A stretch of 64,000 bases of DNA from Candidatus Latescibacterota bacterium (GCA_965116875.1 OZ220733.1:2464001-2528000), one strand, 5' to 3'; shown: positions 30,338 to 40,775, counted from the first letter of the stretch. The notes: a model not told the origin generated them from the letters alone. Numbers and translations are program-made.

Positions 30338-31831
30338 TCACTTTTCAATTCTTTCGAACAACGCCTCGACCTCCGCCTCCTTCTCCGCGCTGCGCCTGGA
30401 GAGGTAGCCCTCGCCGAAGTAGATGGTCAACGCGACCAGGATTTCCAGACCCGTGTAGATTTCGAATCTGTCGGTAAACTGAATCGCGATGAAATAGGTG
30501 ATGACGCCGCCGATGAACGAGAGAATCGCGCCGCGCGCCGTCGGGCGTTTCCAGATCATGCCGAACATCAGCGGGATCGCGATGGGCGACAGGAGCCCGC
30601 CGAACAGCTTTACCGTCAAACCAAACACTTTGTTCATTCCCTGGCTCTGGGAGATCACGATCGCCGTCACCAGGACCGCGAGCCCGAAAATCGCTGTTAT
30701 GGTCATGCCAGCCCTGAACAGCGCCCGGTCGTCGATATCACGCCTGAAGTTCCGCTGATAGAAGTCCTTGGTGAACACCGCGGCGAGCGCATTGATATCG
30801 CTGTCGATCATGGACATGGTGGCGGCGAACATCGAGCATACCAGCAGCCCGATCAGTCCCGGCGCCAGGGCCGAAAGGATCTTCTGCGTAACCAGGATAT
30901 ACGTCTGGTCCAGATCGAAACCGGCGATCGGCTGGAGTGTGTTCGGATCGAAGTATTCGGGAATCAGCAGCGGCGCCGCCCACGCGGGGACGAAAATGAC
31001 GATGGGATAGAACAAATAGAGTATCGCCGACAAGAGCGCCGCCCTCTGGGCATCCCGTGGCTTTTCAACGGAAACGAATCGCTGCGCCAGTCCCCACGTT
31101 CCCCCGTTGTAGCTGAAGATGATCACAACCACATAGACCAGCCAGAAGCTCGCGCTGATTCCCCCTGCCGCATTGAAAAAGCCCGCGCGCTCCCGCGGCA
31201 GACTGTCCCACATCGCGTTCCAGCCACCCACCATATCCAGCGCGATGAACAGCACGGCCAGACTCATGACGAGTTGGACCACGAATTGCACCAGGTCCGT
31301 CAGTACCGTCGCCCACAACCCGCCGATAAACACGTACGCGATGGTAATCAGGCCCGAAACGACGATCACCGGCAGCACGGCCCATCCGGTAACCACGTGC
31401 ACCACGATCGATATCGCGAACAGCTTGATGCCCAGGTCGATAAACTTGATGAGGATACCGGAAACCGCAATCAGGCCCCGCACGGAATTGCCGTAGCGCG
31501 CTTCCAGGTATTCCACCGGCGTCAGCACTTTCAACCTGGACCATCGCGGCGCCCATACGAGGCATCCGATCACCAGCGCCACGAACACCCCGAGCGAAAA
31601 CAGGGTCCACATGCTGAATCCCGTGACCGCCGCGCGACCGGCGAAACCCACGAAGGCCACCGCGCTGTATCCCGAGACATGGTGCGAGATCGCCGCCATC
31701 CACCAGGGCAATCCGTGCCCCGCCACGAAATACTGTTCGACGTTGGCGGACTTCCGCTTCGCCAGAATCCCAATCCAGGCCATCAATGCCGCGTAGACCG
31801 CGATTACCGCATAATCCGTTTGTGTCAGCAT
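30338..31831 (-). CDS. Sodium:solute symporter family protein
   Basis: YFVAGHGLPWW, EYLEARYG, GGLWATVLTDLVQF, FAATMSMIDSDINA. Start ATG 31831 after AAGGA. Confidence 0.92.
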   Translation of the reverse strand: MLTQTDYAVIAVYAALMAWIGILAKRKSANVEQYFVAGHGLPWWMAAISHHVSGYSAVAFVGFAGRAAVTGFSMWTLFSLGVFVALVIGCLVWAPRWSRLKVLTPVEYLEARYGNSVRGLIAVSGILIKFIDLGIKLFAISIVVHVVTGWAVLPVIVVSGLITIAYVFIGGLWATVLTDLVQFVVQLVMSLAVLFIALDMVGGWNAMWDSLPRERAGFFNAAGGISASFWLVYVVVIIFSYNGGTWGLAQRFVSVEKPRDAQRAALLSAILYLFYPIVIFVPAWAAPLLIPEYFDPNTLQPIAGFDLDQTYILVTQKILSALAPGLIGLLVCSMFAATMSMIDSDINALAAVFTKDFYQRNFRRDIDDRALFRAGMTITAIFGLAVLVTAIVISQSQGMNKVFGLTVKLFGGLLSPIAIPLMFGMIWKRPTARGAILSFIGGVITYFIAIQFTDRFEIYTGLEILVALTIYFGEGYLSRRSAEKEAEVEALFERIEK

Positions 31832-32056
31832 AGATCCTTCCTTATCAATCTTTGCGCTATCCTGTGAACAACGAAAACATAAGCCGCACCGTTCGCAATG
31901 CACAGCCCCCGAAGAGTCCATTCGGATCGCAGCAGCAGCGGCCGAGGAATCCGTTCCGTTCCTCGAATCGCTCTGCTGTGAACTCGACATGACCCTCGTC
32001 GTCGGTACCATCGAGCCAGCGGGCGAGCACTATCGCACGCCTATATAGTAATACCC

Positions 32057-32071
32057 GTTACAATCTGTTAC
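32057..32071. promoter_or_regulatory. Direct repeat GTTAC-N5-GTTAC (OmpR/CpxR-type box) upstream of the response regulator
   Basis: GTTACaatctGTTAC, about 60 nt before the regulator start. The same motif occurs at 34323. Confidence 0.6.
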
Positions 32072-32131
32072 AAAGCAGAAAATATCCATTTACACTGCAA
32101 GGTTTTCTTCTCCTTACAGAAGAAAGGACTC

Positions 32132-32827
32132 ATGGTAATGGATTCAATTCTGATCATCGATGATGACCAGGAACTCACCGACCTCTTAAAGACCTACCTG
32201 GGAGACTTCGGCTACCGGACAACCGCTGTACACAGCCCGTCTAAGGGTCTCGAGCTCCTCGGAACAAGAGACTTCGACTTGGTCATTCTTGATGTCATGT
32301 TACCAGAATTGGATGGATTCAAGGTGTGCAAGACCATCCGAGAAACGAATACGCTGCCCATTATTATGCTCACGGCCCGTGGGGACATCACAGATCGTGT
32401 CGTCGGACTCGAACTCGGAGCAGACGACTACCTGCCCAAGCCATTTGAAGCAAGAGAGCTGGTCGCGAGAATACAAGCAGTCCTCAGACGAGGGCACAAG
32501 CCGGCCAGGAGAGACCTTCTCCACGTCGGCAGTCTCAAAATCAGCCTGGAGAAATACGCCGCCACACTCGATGGCGTCGCCTTGAATCTCACAACAACAG
32601 AATTCGAAATGCTGGCTCTGCTCGTCCAAAGCCAGGGAAGAGTCCTCAGTCGAGACTATATCATGCAGAGTATTCGAGGAGTAGACTGGGAGGCCTTCGA
32701 CCGCTCAGTTGATGTCCTCATATCCAGAATACGCAACAAGCTAAAAGACGACCCGAAAAACCCTCGCTACATACGAACGATTCGCGGTGCAGGATACATG
32801 TTCCTCGGTGCCACGGAGGCAGTATGA
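32132..32827 (+). CDS. OmpR-family response regulator
   Basis: IIDDD, ILDVMLP, MLTARGD, GADDYLPKPF, DRSVDVLISRIR, RTIRGAGY. Confidence 0.95.
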   Translation: MVMDSILIIDDDQELTDLLKTYLGDFGYRTTAVHSPSKGLELLGTRDFDLVILDVMLPELDGFKVCKTIRETNTLPIIMLTARGDITDRVVGLELGADDYLPKPFEARELVARIQAVLRRGHKPARRDLLHVGSLKISLEKYAATLDGVALNLTTTEFEMLALLVQSQGRVLSRDYIMQSIRGVDWEAFDRSVDVLISRIRNKLKDDPKNPRYIRTIRGAGYMFLGATEAV

Positions 32828-34128
32828 GACTCTTCAATATCAAGCGGTCGCTCTTTCTGAGGATCTTCCTACTGTTCTTCCTCGCCGTTGCAATCACGAC
32901 AACCCTCCTCCTCTGGCTTGAAGACCGTGAACTGCAAAGCAGCATTCTACCGGCCCTATCAGGCCTCATGGTGAGGCACGCACAAGGCATTGTAGCCGAC
33001 CTTGGACCACAACCCGATCCGCATCGACTACAACAAACAGCGGACAGCCTGCAAGTACACATCAGGTATGAAAGCAACGGCGTCATTTGGCAGAGTGAAC
33101 CCGACATGCAGGTGAAGAAGAGAGAGGCCATGATCCCCTATGAGGAGGATGATCGAGTCAGGATCATGATCAGCGAGGAAAGCGAAAGCGAAGGCATATT
33201 CGTAGATCTGCAATCAGACCATGGCCACTATCAGTTCAATCTCCTCAAAGCCGGCCATCTACCTCAAGATGAACTCTATGATTTCATCTCACTTGGACTC
33301 GTCATATTCTCCTTCTTCGCCATCTACCTCCTACTTCGCAACCAACTCAAACCCATAAAAGCACTACATGAGGGCGTAAGAGCAATTGGGGAAGGCAACC
33401 TCGACTTTGAGATCAAGACCAATAGCGTCGACGAGCTTGGCCAGCTCGCACTCTCGTTCAATCACATGACCCAGCAAATCCGTGAGTCACTCCAGGCACG
33501 CGACCAGTTGCTGCTCGACGTGAGTCACGAGTTACGCTCACCGCTAACGCGCATGCTGGTCGCTCTTGAGTTTCTCAAGCACGACAAGACCAAGCAAACC
33601 CTCCACAGGAACATCAAGCATATGGAAGCAATGGTGACAGAAATCCTCGAAACTGAGCGCCTGAACAGCTCCTACGGAGGACTCCGGCCCGAACCGATCA
33701 ATATCCTCGATCTCCTGATGGAAACGTGCAAGAATTACCAGGACCAGAAACCTGGTGTTATCCTCCAATTCCCACCTGAAGACCTCATAGTGAGCGTCGA
33801 CCCCACAAAAGTAACAACGGTTCTCAACAATCTCCTCTCGAATGCCGCCAGACACTCCAACGCGAAAGATCCCATCGAAGTCACCTGTGCCCGAGAGCAA
33901 GGGAAGATCCTTGTCAAGGTGCAAGACTACGGATCAGGCATCCCGAAAGACGATCTCCCCCACATTTTCGAACCCTTCTACCGCGTGGATAAATCTCGCT
34001 CCAAACATACAGGCGGCTATGGCCTGGGCATGAGTGTATGCAAGAAGATCATGGAGGCACACGGAGGACAGATCGATATTACGAGCCAACCGAACAAAGG
34101 AACATGCGTCCTCCTTACGTTTCCCTGA
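32824..34128 (+). CDS. HAMP-domain sensor histidine kinase
   Basis: Two TM segments, HAMP (DELGQLALSFN), H-box DVSHELRSPLTR, NLLSNA, DYGSGI, GYGLGM. ATGA overlap with the regulator. Confidence 0.95.
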   Translation: MRLFNIKRSLFLRIFLLFFLAVAITTTLLLWLEDRELQSSILPALSGLMVRHAQGIVADLGPQPDPHRLQQTADSLQVHIRYESNGVIWQSEPDMQVKKREAMIPYEEDDRVRIMISEESESEGIFVDLQSDHGHYQFNLLKAGHLPQDELYDFISLGLVIFSFFAIYLLLRNQLKPIKALHEGVRAIGEGNLDFEIKTNSVDELGQLALSFNHMTQQIRESLQARDQLLLDVSHELRSPLTRMLVALEFLKHDKTKQTLHRNIKHMEAMVTEILETERLNSSYGGLRPEPINILDLLMETCKNYQDQKPGVILQFPPEDLIVSVDPTKVTTVLNNLLSNAARHSNAKDPIEVTCAREQGKILVKVQDYGSGIPKDDLPHIFEPFYRVDKSRSKHTGGYGLGMSVCKKIMEAHGGQIDITSQPNKGTCVLLTFP

Positions 34129-34322
34129 ATCCGTGACCACCCCTCTTTGTCGGTTGTCCGAATTGTGGACTGACTGGCAATAGAGGTAATGAGGGCGCAT
34201 CCACGCAGCCCCCAATAGCTTCTCATAACAACATCCCCCTACCATCCTTGCTTGAGGCAAGACAGAATCTGCCCGGGCACGAAATAATCGTGCGTCCGCA
34301 ACGCTCCCACCGTTCACATCTT

Positions 34323-34337
34323 GTTACAATTCGTTAC
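34323..34337. promoter_or_regulatory. Direct repeat GTTAC-N5-GTTAC upstream of the TonB-dependent receptor
   Basis: GTTACaattcGTTAC followed by GCAGAAA, as at 32057. Confidence 0.6.
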
Positions 34338-34681
34338 CCGGCAGAAATCCTCGGTTAACAGCCGTATCGTAATATTTGGTTGTGACGCTCGTCAGATGAC
34401 CACTGCACGGTGCAATACACAATCCTTGTGATGGTCACCGAGAAGCCTTGTCGCACATACCCGTAGCTATTAACCTCAATCCGAAAAAACAGCAACGCGG
34501 CGACGCGATAAAACCCTCCGAAACAGGTCGTTATCGACGTAAAGAAGGACGTTTTTTCCCTTCACGTCCAGTGACCTGGTGTATCCTGGTAATCAGCAGT
34601 TGAATCGCCTTTATTTACAATCACATATTCAAATTAACGTCCCCGAAGACTTACGAATCAAGGTTAACCAGGAAAGAAGAT

Positions 34682-37045
34682 ATGCACAAATCCCTCCTGA
34701 CAGCTTGTCTGCTGCTCACGACGATTACAAACAGCGCAGCCCAGGAGAAATTCACCGTTAGCGGCCAAATCAAGAATGCAGCCGACGGCGAAGCCCTACC
34801 AGGCGTAAACGTCGTTGTCACGACCCTGCAGGTGGGTACAACCACGAATGCCTACGGGCATTACTCGCTACGACTGCCAGCAGGAGTTCATGAAATCAGC
34901 TTTAGCTTCATCGGCTTCGAATCAATCGTGCGCATGACAGATCCGCATCAGGATCAAGTGCTCAACATCGAAATGCGGGCAGCCGTCATCGAACTGGGGC
35001 AGATCGCAGTCAGCGCACACCAAGCCGATGAGAATGTGGAATCGATCGAAATGAGCGCACCCGAGTTGGACATACAGACAGTACAGCGCACGCCGGCTAT
35101 ATTGGGCGAAGCAGACGTGGTACAAACAATACAACTGTTGCCGGGAGTGACGACCGTACGCGAAGGGGCTGCGGGCTTCAACGTACGCGGTGGCGCAGCA
35201 GATCAGAATCTCGTCCTTCTCGACGAAGCCATCGTCTATAACGCCGCTCATCTCTTCGGCTTCTTCTCAGTTTTCAATGCCGACATCACCAAAGATATCA
35301 AGATCTACAAAGGCGGTATCCCGGCGCAATATGGCGGACGCCTGTCTTCAGTGCTGGACGTGCGACAAAAAGAGGGCAATACCAAAGAGTTCCGCGGCAA
35401 AGTGGGAATCGGCATCCTCTCGGGGCGGCTGCTCCTTGAAGGACCGGTCGCCAACGGTCGCGGATCCTACGTGATCGCCGCTCGCCGTTCATACGGCGAC
35501 ATCTTCTACAACGCGTTCAGCAGTGACAAGAGCACCGCCCACTTCTACGACATCAACTTCAAAGGCAACTACAATATCAACGACAACAACCGGCTCTTTG
35601 TCTCGGGCTACCGTGGCAGAGACGCGTTCAAAGTAGCCGACATCTTCGGCAACGCGTGGGGGAATACCACAACCACCATCCGCTGGAACCTGTTCAGCCG
35701 GCGACTCTTCGCGAATTTCACGGGAGTGTTCAGCAGGTATAGCTACGATAGTGATACATTCACGGCAGGCGCAGAACACAATTGGTTATCACACATAACC
35801 AACTACATGCTCAAAGCGGATTTCTCATACTCACTGAGCGAAGGAAATGCGGTCAACTTCGGCGCGAGTACCATCCATTACAGCTTTACCCCCGGCACCA
35901 TCAAACCCATTGGGAAAGCGTCTTCTGTTGTGCCGACGGAACTGGATCAACAGAACGCCATAGAACCAGGCGCGTACGTCAGCCTGGACCATCAACTCAC
36001 CGGCTTTATATCCCTCCAATATGGGTTGCGTCTCTCAGCGTTAAGACGTCAGGGCGCCCAGAACCTTCCCGCCTATCGTGATAATGAACCCATCGTCTAC
36101 AACGAGGCCCTGGGCCGGTACGAAGCCGGCGTGGTCGAAAGCGTCATTTCGTTTGGTGAGAGGGAAAACATACAGAGCTTTGCTGGTCTGGAGCCCCGAG
36201 CGTCGGCACGATTGTCCTTGACAGAGTCCAGCTCGATCAAGGTGAGCTACAATCGCATCCGGCAGTACATCCACCTCATCTCCAATACTGCCGCGTCCCA
36301 GCCATTGGACATCTGGAGGCCCAGTGGACCTTTTGTTGAGCCGCAAACAGCGGACCAGATCGCCGCCGGCTACTTCCGAAATCTCCAGGACAACACGTAT
36401 GAAGCCTCGATCGAAGCCTACTATAAAAGAATGAACAACCAGATCGACTACGTCGACGGAGCCGACCTGACCGCCAACAACAACCTGGAAACTGAGCTAC
36501 TGAAGGGCGAGGGCCGTTCCTACGGCGTTGAGCTGATGGTGCGCAAGCGCACCGGACAATTAACCGGTTGGTTGGGGTACACGTGGTCGCGCACCGAGCG
36601 GCAAGTCCCTGGAATAGGTAACGGCGATCCGGGCATCAACAACGGGAGGTACTACCCAGCCAGCAACGACAAGACACACGACCTGACCCTGACAACGGTA
36701 TACGCGCTCAACCCCCGCTGGTCGCTATCGACGAATCTCGTCCTTGCCACAGGTACGCCCTCCACCCTCCCGGCGAGCCGCTACGAATTCGCCGGTTTTA
36801 TTGTTCCTCAGTACGAGACTCGCCATGGGGCTCGCCTGCCAGCCTATCACCGCCTGGATGTGGGACTGACCTACACGACAGCCAATGAAAACAGTTGGGC
36901 CTTTACCATCTACAACGTGTACAACCGACGCAACTCCGCCTCAGTATACGTGCGGCAAAACCAGAAGGACAAGCTTGTCACCGAAGCCGTACAAACATCC
37001 CTTTTCGGAATCCTGCCCAGCATAACCTACAACCGGAAATTCTAA
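34682..37045 (+). CDS. TonB-dependent receptor with N-terminal carboxypeptidase-regulatory-like domain (FCB/Bacteroidota type)
   Basis: Signal peptide, GEALPGVNV..GTTTNAYGHYSL, plug QLLPGV...NVRGG..DQNL, YKGGIPAQYGGRLSSV, C-terminal ITYNRKF. Confidence 0.93.
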   Translation: MHKSLLTACLLLTTITNSAAQEKFTVSGQIKNAADGEALPGVNVVVTTLQVGTTTNAYGHYSLRLPAGVHEISFSFIGFESIVRMTDPHQDQVLNIEMRAAVIELGQIAVSAHQADENVESIEMSAPELDIQTVQRTPAILGEADVVQTIQLLPGVTTVREGAAGFNVRGGAADQNLVLLDEAIVYNAAHLFGFFSVFNADITKDIKIYKGGIPAQYGGRLSSVLDVRQKEGNTKEFRGKVGIGILSGRLLLEGPVANGRGSYVIAARRSYGDIFYNAFSSDKSTAHFYDINFKGNYNINDNNRLFVSGYRGRDAFKVADIFGNAWGNTTTTIRWNLFSRRLFANFTGVFSRYSYDSDTFTAGAEHNWLSHITNYMLKADFSYSLSEGNAVNFGASTIHYSFTPGTIKPIGKASSVVPTELDQQNAIEPGAYVSLDHQLTGFISLQYGLRLSALRRQGAQNLPAYRDNEPIVYNEALGRYEAGVVESVISFGERENIQSFAGLEPRASARLSLTESSSIKVSYNRIRQYIHLISNTAASQPLDIWRPSGPFVEPQTADQIAAGYFRNLQDNTYEASIEAYYKRMNNQIDYVDGADLTANNNLETELLKGEGRSYGVELMVRKRTGQLTGWLGYTWSRTERQVPGIGNGDPGINNGRYYPASNDKTHDLTLTTVYALNPRWSLSTNLVLATGTPSTLPASRYEFAGFIVPQYETRHGARLPAYHRLDVGLTYTTANENSWAFTIYNVYNRRNSASVYVRQNQKDKLVTEAVQTSLFGILPSITYNRKF

Positions 37046-37047
37046 AT

Positions 37048-37914
37048 ATGAAAAACGTAATTATGGCCGTCTGGCTGTCAGTCCCCGTGCTCATGGGATG
37101 TGAAAGAGTCGTCAATATCGATGTAGAAGAAGGACCGGAACGACTCGTAGTTGAAGGTCGCATTGAGCGCCACCAGGATGATCGCGAATTCGTGCAGTCA
37201 ATCAGATTGTCGACCACAGCCCCCTATTTCAGCAATGAACCCACACCGGTGGTCAGCGGAGCAGAGGTGATCATACACGACGATGAGGGCGCCACCTACC
37301 TCTTTGCTGAGTCCCGGCGCCAGGCCGGCATATACGAAAACAGGGACATGCGGCCAGAAGTTGGCAGAACCTATACCCTTGAAATCGACATTAACGGCGA
37401 ATCATATCGAGCAGTCGAAACACTGCATTCAGTCGCGCCCATCGACTCGATCTACCAGCAGTTTGAGAAGGCCAATTCGTTCGAGGACGGAGGCATTCGA
37501 GTAAAGATCAACTATCAAGACGTCCCGGGTCGCGAAGATTACTACTTGTGGGAGCAATTCGCGGACGGCGTACTACAGGCAGAGCCCGATCCTGGTAATT
37601 CGCTCAACTTTGTCGGATCGGATGAGTTTTTCGACGGAGAGTACGTCATCGGTTTCGAACCCAATCAGGAAGCCACGGTAAAACCGGATCAGTTGGTACT
37701 CGTGAGACAGCTCTCCTTATCGAAAGAGGCCTTTAAATATCACTTCCTGCTCTTTGAGGAAACAGGGCAAGATCCCCTCTTCACTACGCCTGCGTCGTTG
37801 ATCAGGGGCAATGTAGAGAATCTGACCAATCCCCAGCGATATGCATTGGGATATTTCGGAGCCAGTGAAGTGGACACTGCCGAACTGCAAATCGTGGAAG
37901 AGAGAGGGCGCTGA
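37048..37914 (+). CDS. DUF4249-type lipoprotein (partner of the TonB receptor)
   Basis: Lipobox VLMGC, CERVVNIDV..RLVVEGRI, GRTYTLEI, GNVEN, ALGYFGAS; directly downstream of the receptor. Confidence 0.85.
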   Translation: MKNVIMAVWLSVPVLMGCERVVNIDVEEGPERLVVEGRIERHQDDREFVQSIRLSTTAPYFSNEPTPVVSGAEVIIHDDEGATYLFAESRRQAGIYENRDMRPEVGRTYTLEIDINGESYRAVETLHSVAPIDSIYQQFEKANSFEDGGIRVKINYQDVPGREDYYLWEQFADGVLQAEPDPGNSLNFVGSDEFFDGEYVIGFEPNQEATVKPDQLVLVRQLSLSKEAFKYHFLLFEETGQDPLFTTPASLIRGNVENLTNPQRYALGYFGASEVDTAELQIVEERGR

Positions 37915-38149
37915 CCAGGACAGATATGGTATCTCATTACGACCAACTCTGTCAAAAGTTCGGAACCTCAATAACTGATTGGTTGGTGAAAGCCGGGCGA
38001 TATGGCAACTTTGCCCGGAGGTTGAGGTGGTTTATCCACAAAAATTGCATCGACGATTGCAGGCCGGAAGGCTGTGAGCGATACTATCCAGAGCAGGATA
38101 TTGATCTACTGTCATCCCCAAATAGCAAGCCCACCTTCGCTGCGTTTAT

Positions 38150-39886
38150 TCACCAGCCGATCGCATATGACGTTGAGCGAGGGTCCGCACCACCCATCCG
38201 CGTGCCGGCCCTGGGATCAATTGTAATCGCGCACACCCGGCTGACTCCGGCGCTCCATTCGTCATTATCGTCGACGATGTGCCCCCGGCCTCGCAGATCC
38301 TCACGCACGTGCGGGGCGATGCGGGCTTCCACCGTCACCTCGCCGGGCAACGATCCGTGGGGCCAGAAAGAATTCGGAAAGCTGTGGCTGATGACGCGCG
38401 GGGCGTCGATCGCTTCCTGCGGTTCCATTCCGAACTCGATGATATTGAGAAACACCTGCAGCATCCCCTGGACCTGCGCATCGCCGCCGGGACATCCGAA
38501 GGGCATGAACGGCTTTCCATCCTTAAGGACCAGCGCGGGATTCGGGGTGAGGCGCGGACGCTTCCACGGTTGCAGACAGGAGGGATGGGCCGGATCGAGC
38601 CAGGTCTGCGTGCCCCGACCCGATATTGGAAAACCCAGACCCGGCACGATCGGGGTCCAGCCGACCACGTCGGACGGGGTCGATGAGAAGGCGTTGCCCT
38701 GTTCGTCCACCACGCAGAGGTAGCTGGTGTCGCTTTCCCAGTGCGACAGTCGTTCCGGCTGCGGGCGGTCCGGATCCATGGCCGGGAAGGGACAGTTATG
38801 ACCGCGCGATTCCGGATGGAATGGCCACGGATTGCCGGGGGGCGGCATGTCGGCAGCGGCGCGATCCGGATCAATCGCGTTTCGTCTTCCAGCGGCATAG
38901 CGCTCGTCGAGCAGTCCGGCCAGGGGCACCTGCACAAAGTCAGGGTCGCCGAAGTACGCCTCCCTGTCGGCAAACACCAGTTTCATCCCCTCGATAATCG
39001 CATGGAGAGAGTCCGCGGATTCGTGCCCCATCCTCCGCAGGTCAACCCCTTCGAGGATCTTCAGGGCCATGTTCAACGTCGGCCCCTGGCACCAGGGGCC
39101 GCAGGTATAAACGTCGTAGCCCTTGTAGGTGACGTGCGACGGCGGTTCCACCCGGACCGAGAATGAGGCGAGGTCCTCGTACGTGAGCAGTCCCTCCTCC
39201 CGCGCGTAGAAGCCGGCAATTTCCCGCGCGATTTCTCCCTTGTAAATCAGATCGCGTGCGGCCCTGATTCCGGATTCCCGGTCTCCTGCTGCCCCTCGTT
39301 CGGCATCGATCATCCGCCGGAAGGTGTTCGCCAGGTCCTTCTGAAAGAATATCTCGCCGATCTGTGGAATATGTCCGCAGGGATTGAAGACCGCAGCCGT
39401 AGACGGCGCATCCCCCAGCGCCCCGCTGGCGAAGGCGTGGAACTGATCGTCGACAGGGTGACCGTTTTCGGCAAGGTCCAGCGCCGGCTGGATGACCTGC
39501 TCGAAGGTCATGGTGCCGAACCGCGCCAGCGCCGTCAGCCACGCATCCGGGGATGCGGGCATAATCGTCCGCAGGATGCCGGGGGGCAGGTCGCCGCTGT
39601 GGCGTTTCTTGAAGTAGTCCAGGCTTGCCGCCCGGGGCCAGCGTCCGAGTCCGCTGACGGTTTCAACGGGCGCGCCCGTACCGGGGCAATAGATGATCGG
39701 CGCGACGCCGCCGAAATGGGTGGATCCAGGCTGCAGCACGTTGATGCAGATCCCGGTGGCGACCCCCGCATCCGCGGCATTGCCGCCGTTTTCGAGGATG
39801 CGCACCCCGCCCATGGTTGCGAGATAGTGCAGCGATGAGACGACGTACCGCTTTGCGCGGATCGAGGGACGTTGACTTCCTGACAT
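38150..39886 (-). CDS. ggt: Gamma-glutamyltransferase family protein
   Basis: GGNAADA, AENGHP, FADREAYFGDP, catalytic Thr in DTSYLCVVD, PGGDAQVQ, GGADPR. Confidence 0.9.
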   Translation of the reverse strand: MSGSQRPSIRAKRYVVSSLHYLATMGGVRILENGGNAADAGVATGICINVLQPGSTHFGGVAPIIYCPGTGAPVETVSGLGRWPRAASLDYFKKRHSGDLPPGILRTIMPASPDAWLTALARFGTMTFEQVIQPALDLAENGHPVDDQFHAFASGALGDAPSTAAVFNPCGHIPQIGEIFFQKDLANTFRRMIDAERGAAGDRESGIRAARDLIYKGEIAREIAGFYAREEGLLTYEDLASFSVRVEPPSHVTYKGYDVYTCGPWCQGPTLNMALKILEGVDLRRMGHESADSLHAIIEGMKLVFADREAYFGDPDFVQVPLAGLLDERYAAGRRNAIDPDRAAADMPPPGNPWPFHPESRGHNCPFPAMDPDRPQPERLSHWESDTSYLCVVDEQGNAFSSTPSDVVGWTPIVPGLGFPISGRGTQTWLDPAHPSCLQPWKRPRLTPNPALVLKDGKPFMPFGCPGGDAQVQGMLQVFLNIIEFGMEPQEAIDAPRVISHSFPNSFWPHGSLPGEVTVEARIAPHVREDLRGRGHIVDDNDEWSAGVSRVCAITIDPRAGTRMGGADPRSTSYAIGW

Positions 39887-39935
39887 TCCGGTTCTTTCTC
39901 GTCGAGATAGTTACGAATAGACAGATGGGTAGTTT

Positions 39936-40775
39936 TCAGAAACGCGCGCGGTAGTTGATTGGCTGCAAGTGTACGTGATGGCCGACGTCCCCGTGTAACT
40001 GGAATAGCCCGGGGCTCTGCCGAAACTGGAACAGACGGTAGAGATGGTAGGCGTTTGCGTTCGCCTCGGAGAACCGGACCTCGCCGGCGCTGATGTAGAA
40101 TGGTGTGAGTTTGCCGTAACGTGGCGTTTTGACCTCGATGAATCGGTCCTGCCCGTTGACTTCGTACGAATGAATATCGAATCCGGCGTGGTCGCCCACG
40201 GTTTTGGAAACCTGCTCGACGTTTTCGGCCAGCCGGTCCTTGCCTTCACACCGCAGGCGGGTGCGCTCGAACCTCATCACCAGATCTTCTCCCGCATCCC
40301 CAAGGGATCGATTGAGCGCTTCCATCTGAAGATAGTTGATCGGTGGGCCAGGTCAGCTGGAAACGACGTATTCGATCGGTCTCTCAGCTACCGAAACAGA
40401 AGCAGGCACTGGCGGATCGACGCCGATACCGAGCACGTCGTCGACGGTAAACGGGTCCTGGAGTGCCGTGACATCTGCTACGACCAGATCCTCCAGCGAC
40501 GAAAGCTGCGCACGCACCACTTCCCTCAGCAGGTTCTGGACGTTTCCAAGGGGTTTGTAACCATTGATATACGGGAACCCCAACTCGATCAGAACCGCGC
40601 TGATGTTCTGGTGTTTGCGCTCCACCGCGCCCCGCGTGCGGTCATCCAACCGATCACGGAGCGCACGGTTGTGAGCGGCTTTGTTAAAACCGTCCCCTCG
40701 AAGTTCCGAAGCCAGCATATCGAAATAGTCTCGAACGGTGGCTTCGACCTCCTGTTGGCTCCAGGCACTTGACAT
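39936..40775 (-). pseudogene. DUF3883 (NOV C-terminal, PD-(D/E)xK-like) domain protein interrupted by an in-frame TGA
   Basis: Track ORFs 40353-40784 and 39936-40325 are in the same frame, separated by one TGA at 40353-40355 (...VVSS*PGPPINYLQMEALNRSLGDAGE...). The C-terminus has AGFDIHSY...RFIEVKT and FYISAGE. Confidence 0.75.

Noticed and set aside
603-31867. Many long ORFs opposite real genes (e.g. 603-1604, 15948-17162, 18226-19386, 30233-31867, and the 5' part of 5264-7303)
   Set aside because: Antisense shadows typical of high-GC coding DNA; no motifs, and largely or fully overlapping well-supported genes.
34338-34681. Cobalamin or TPP riboswitch upstream of the TonB receptor
   Set aside because: Conserved B12-box or THI-box sequences were not seen by eye.
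38032-38040. Perfect DnaA box TTATCCACA
   Set aside because: Single copy with no cluster and no dnaA/oriC context.
40353-40355. TGA in the DUF3883 gene as possible selenocysteine
   Set aside because: It lies in a linker, not a redox motif, and only a weak 4-bp stem (CTTC/GAAG) follows. A nonsense mutation is more parsimonious.
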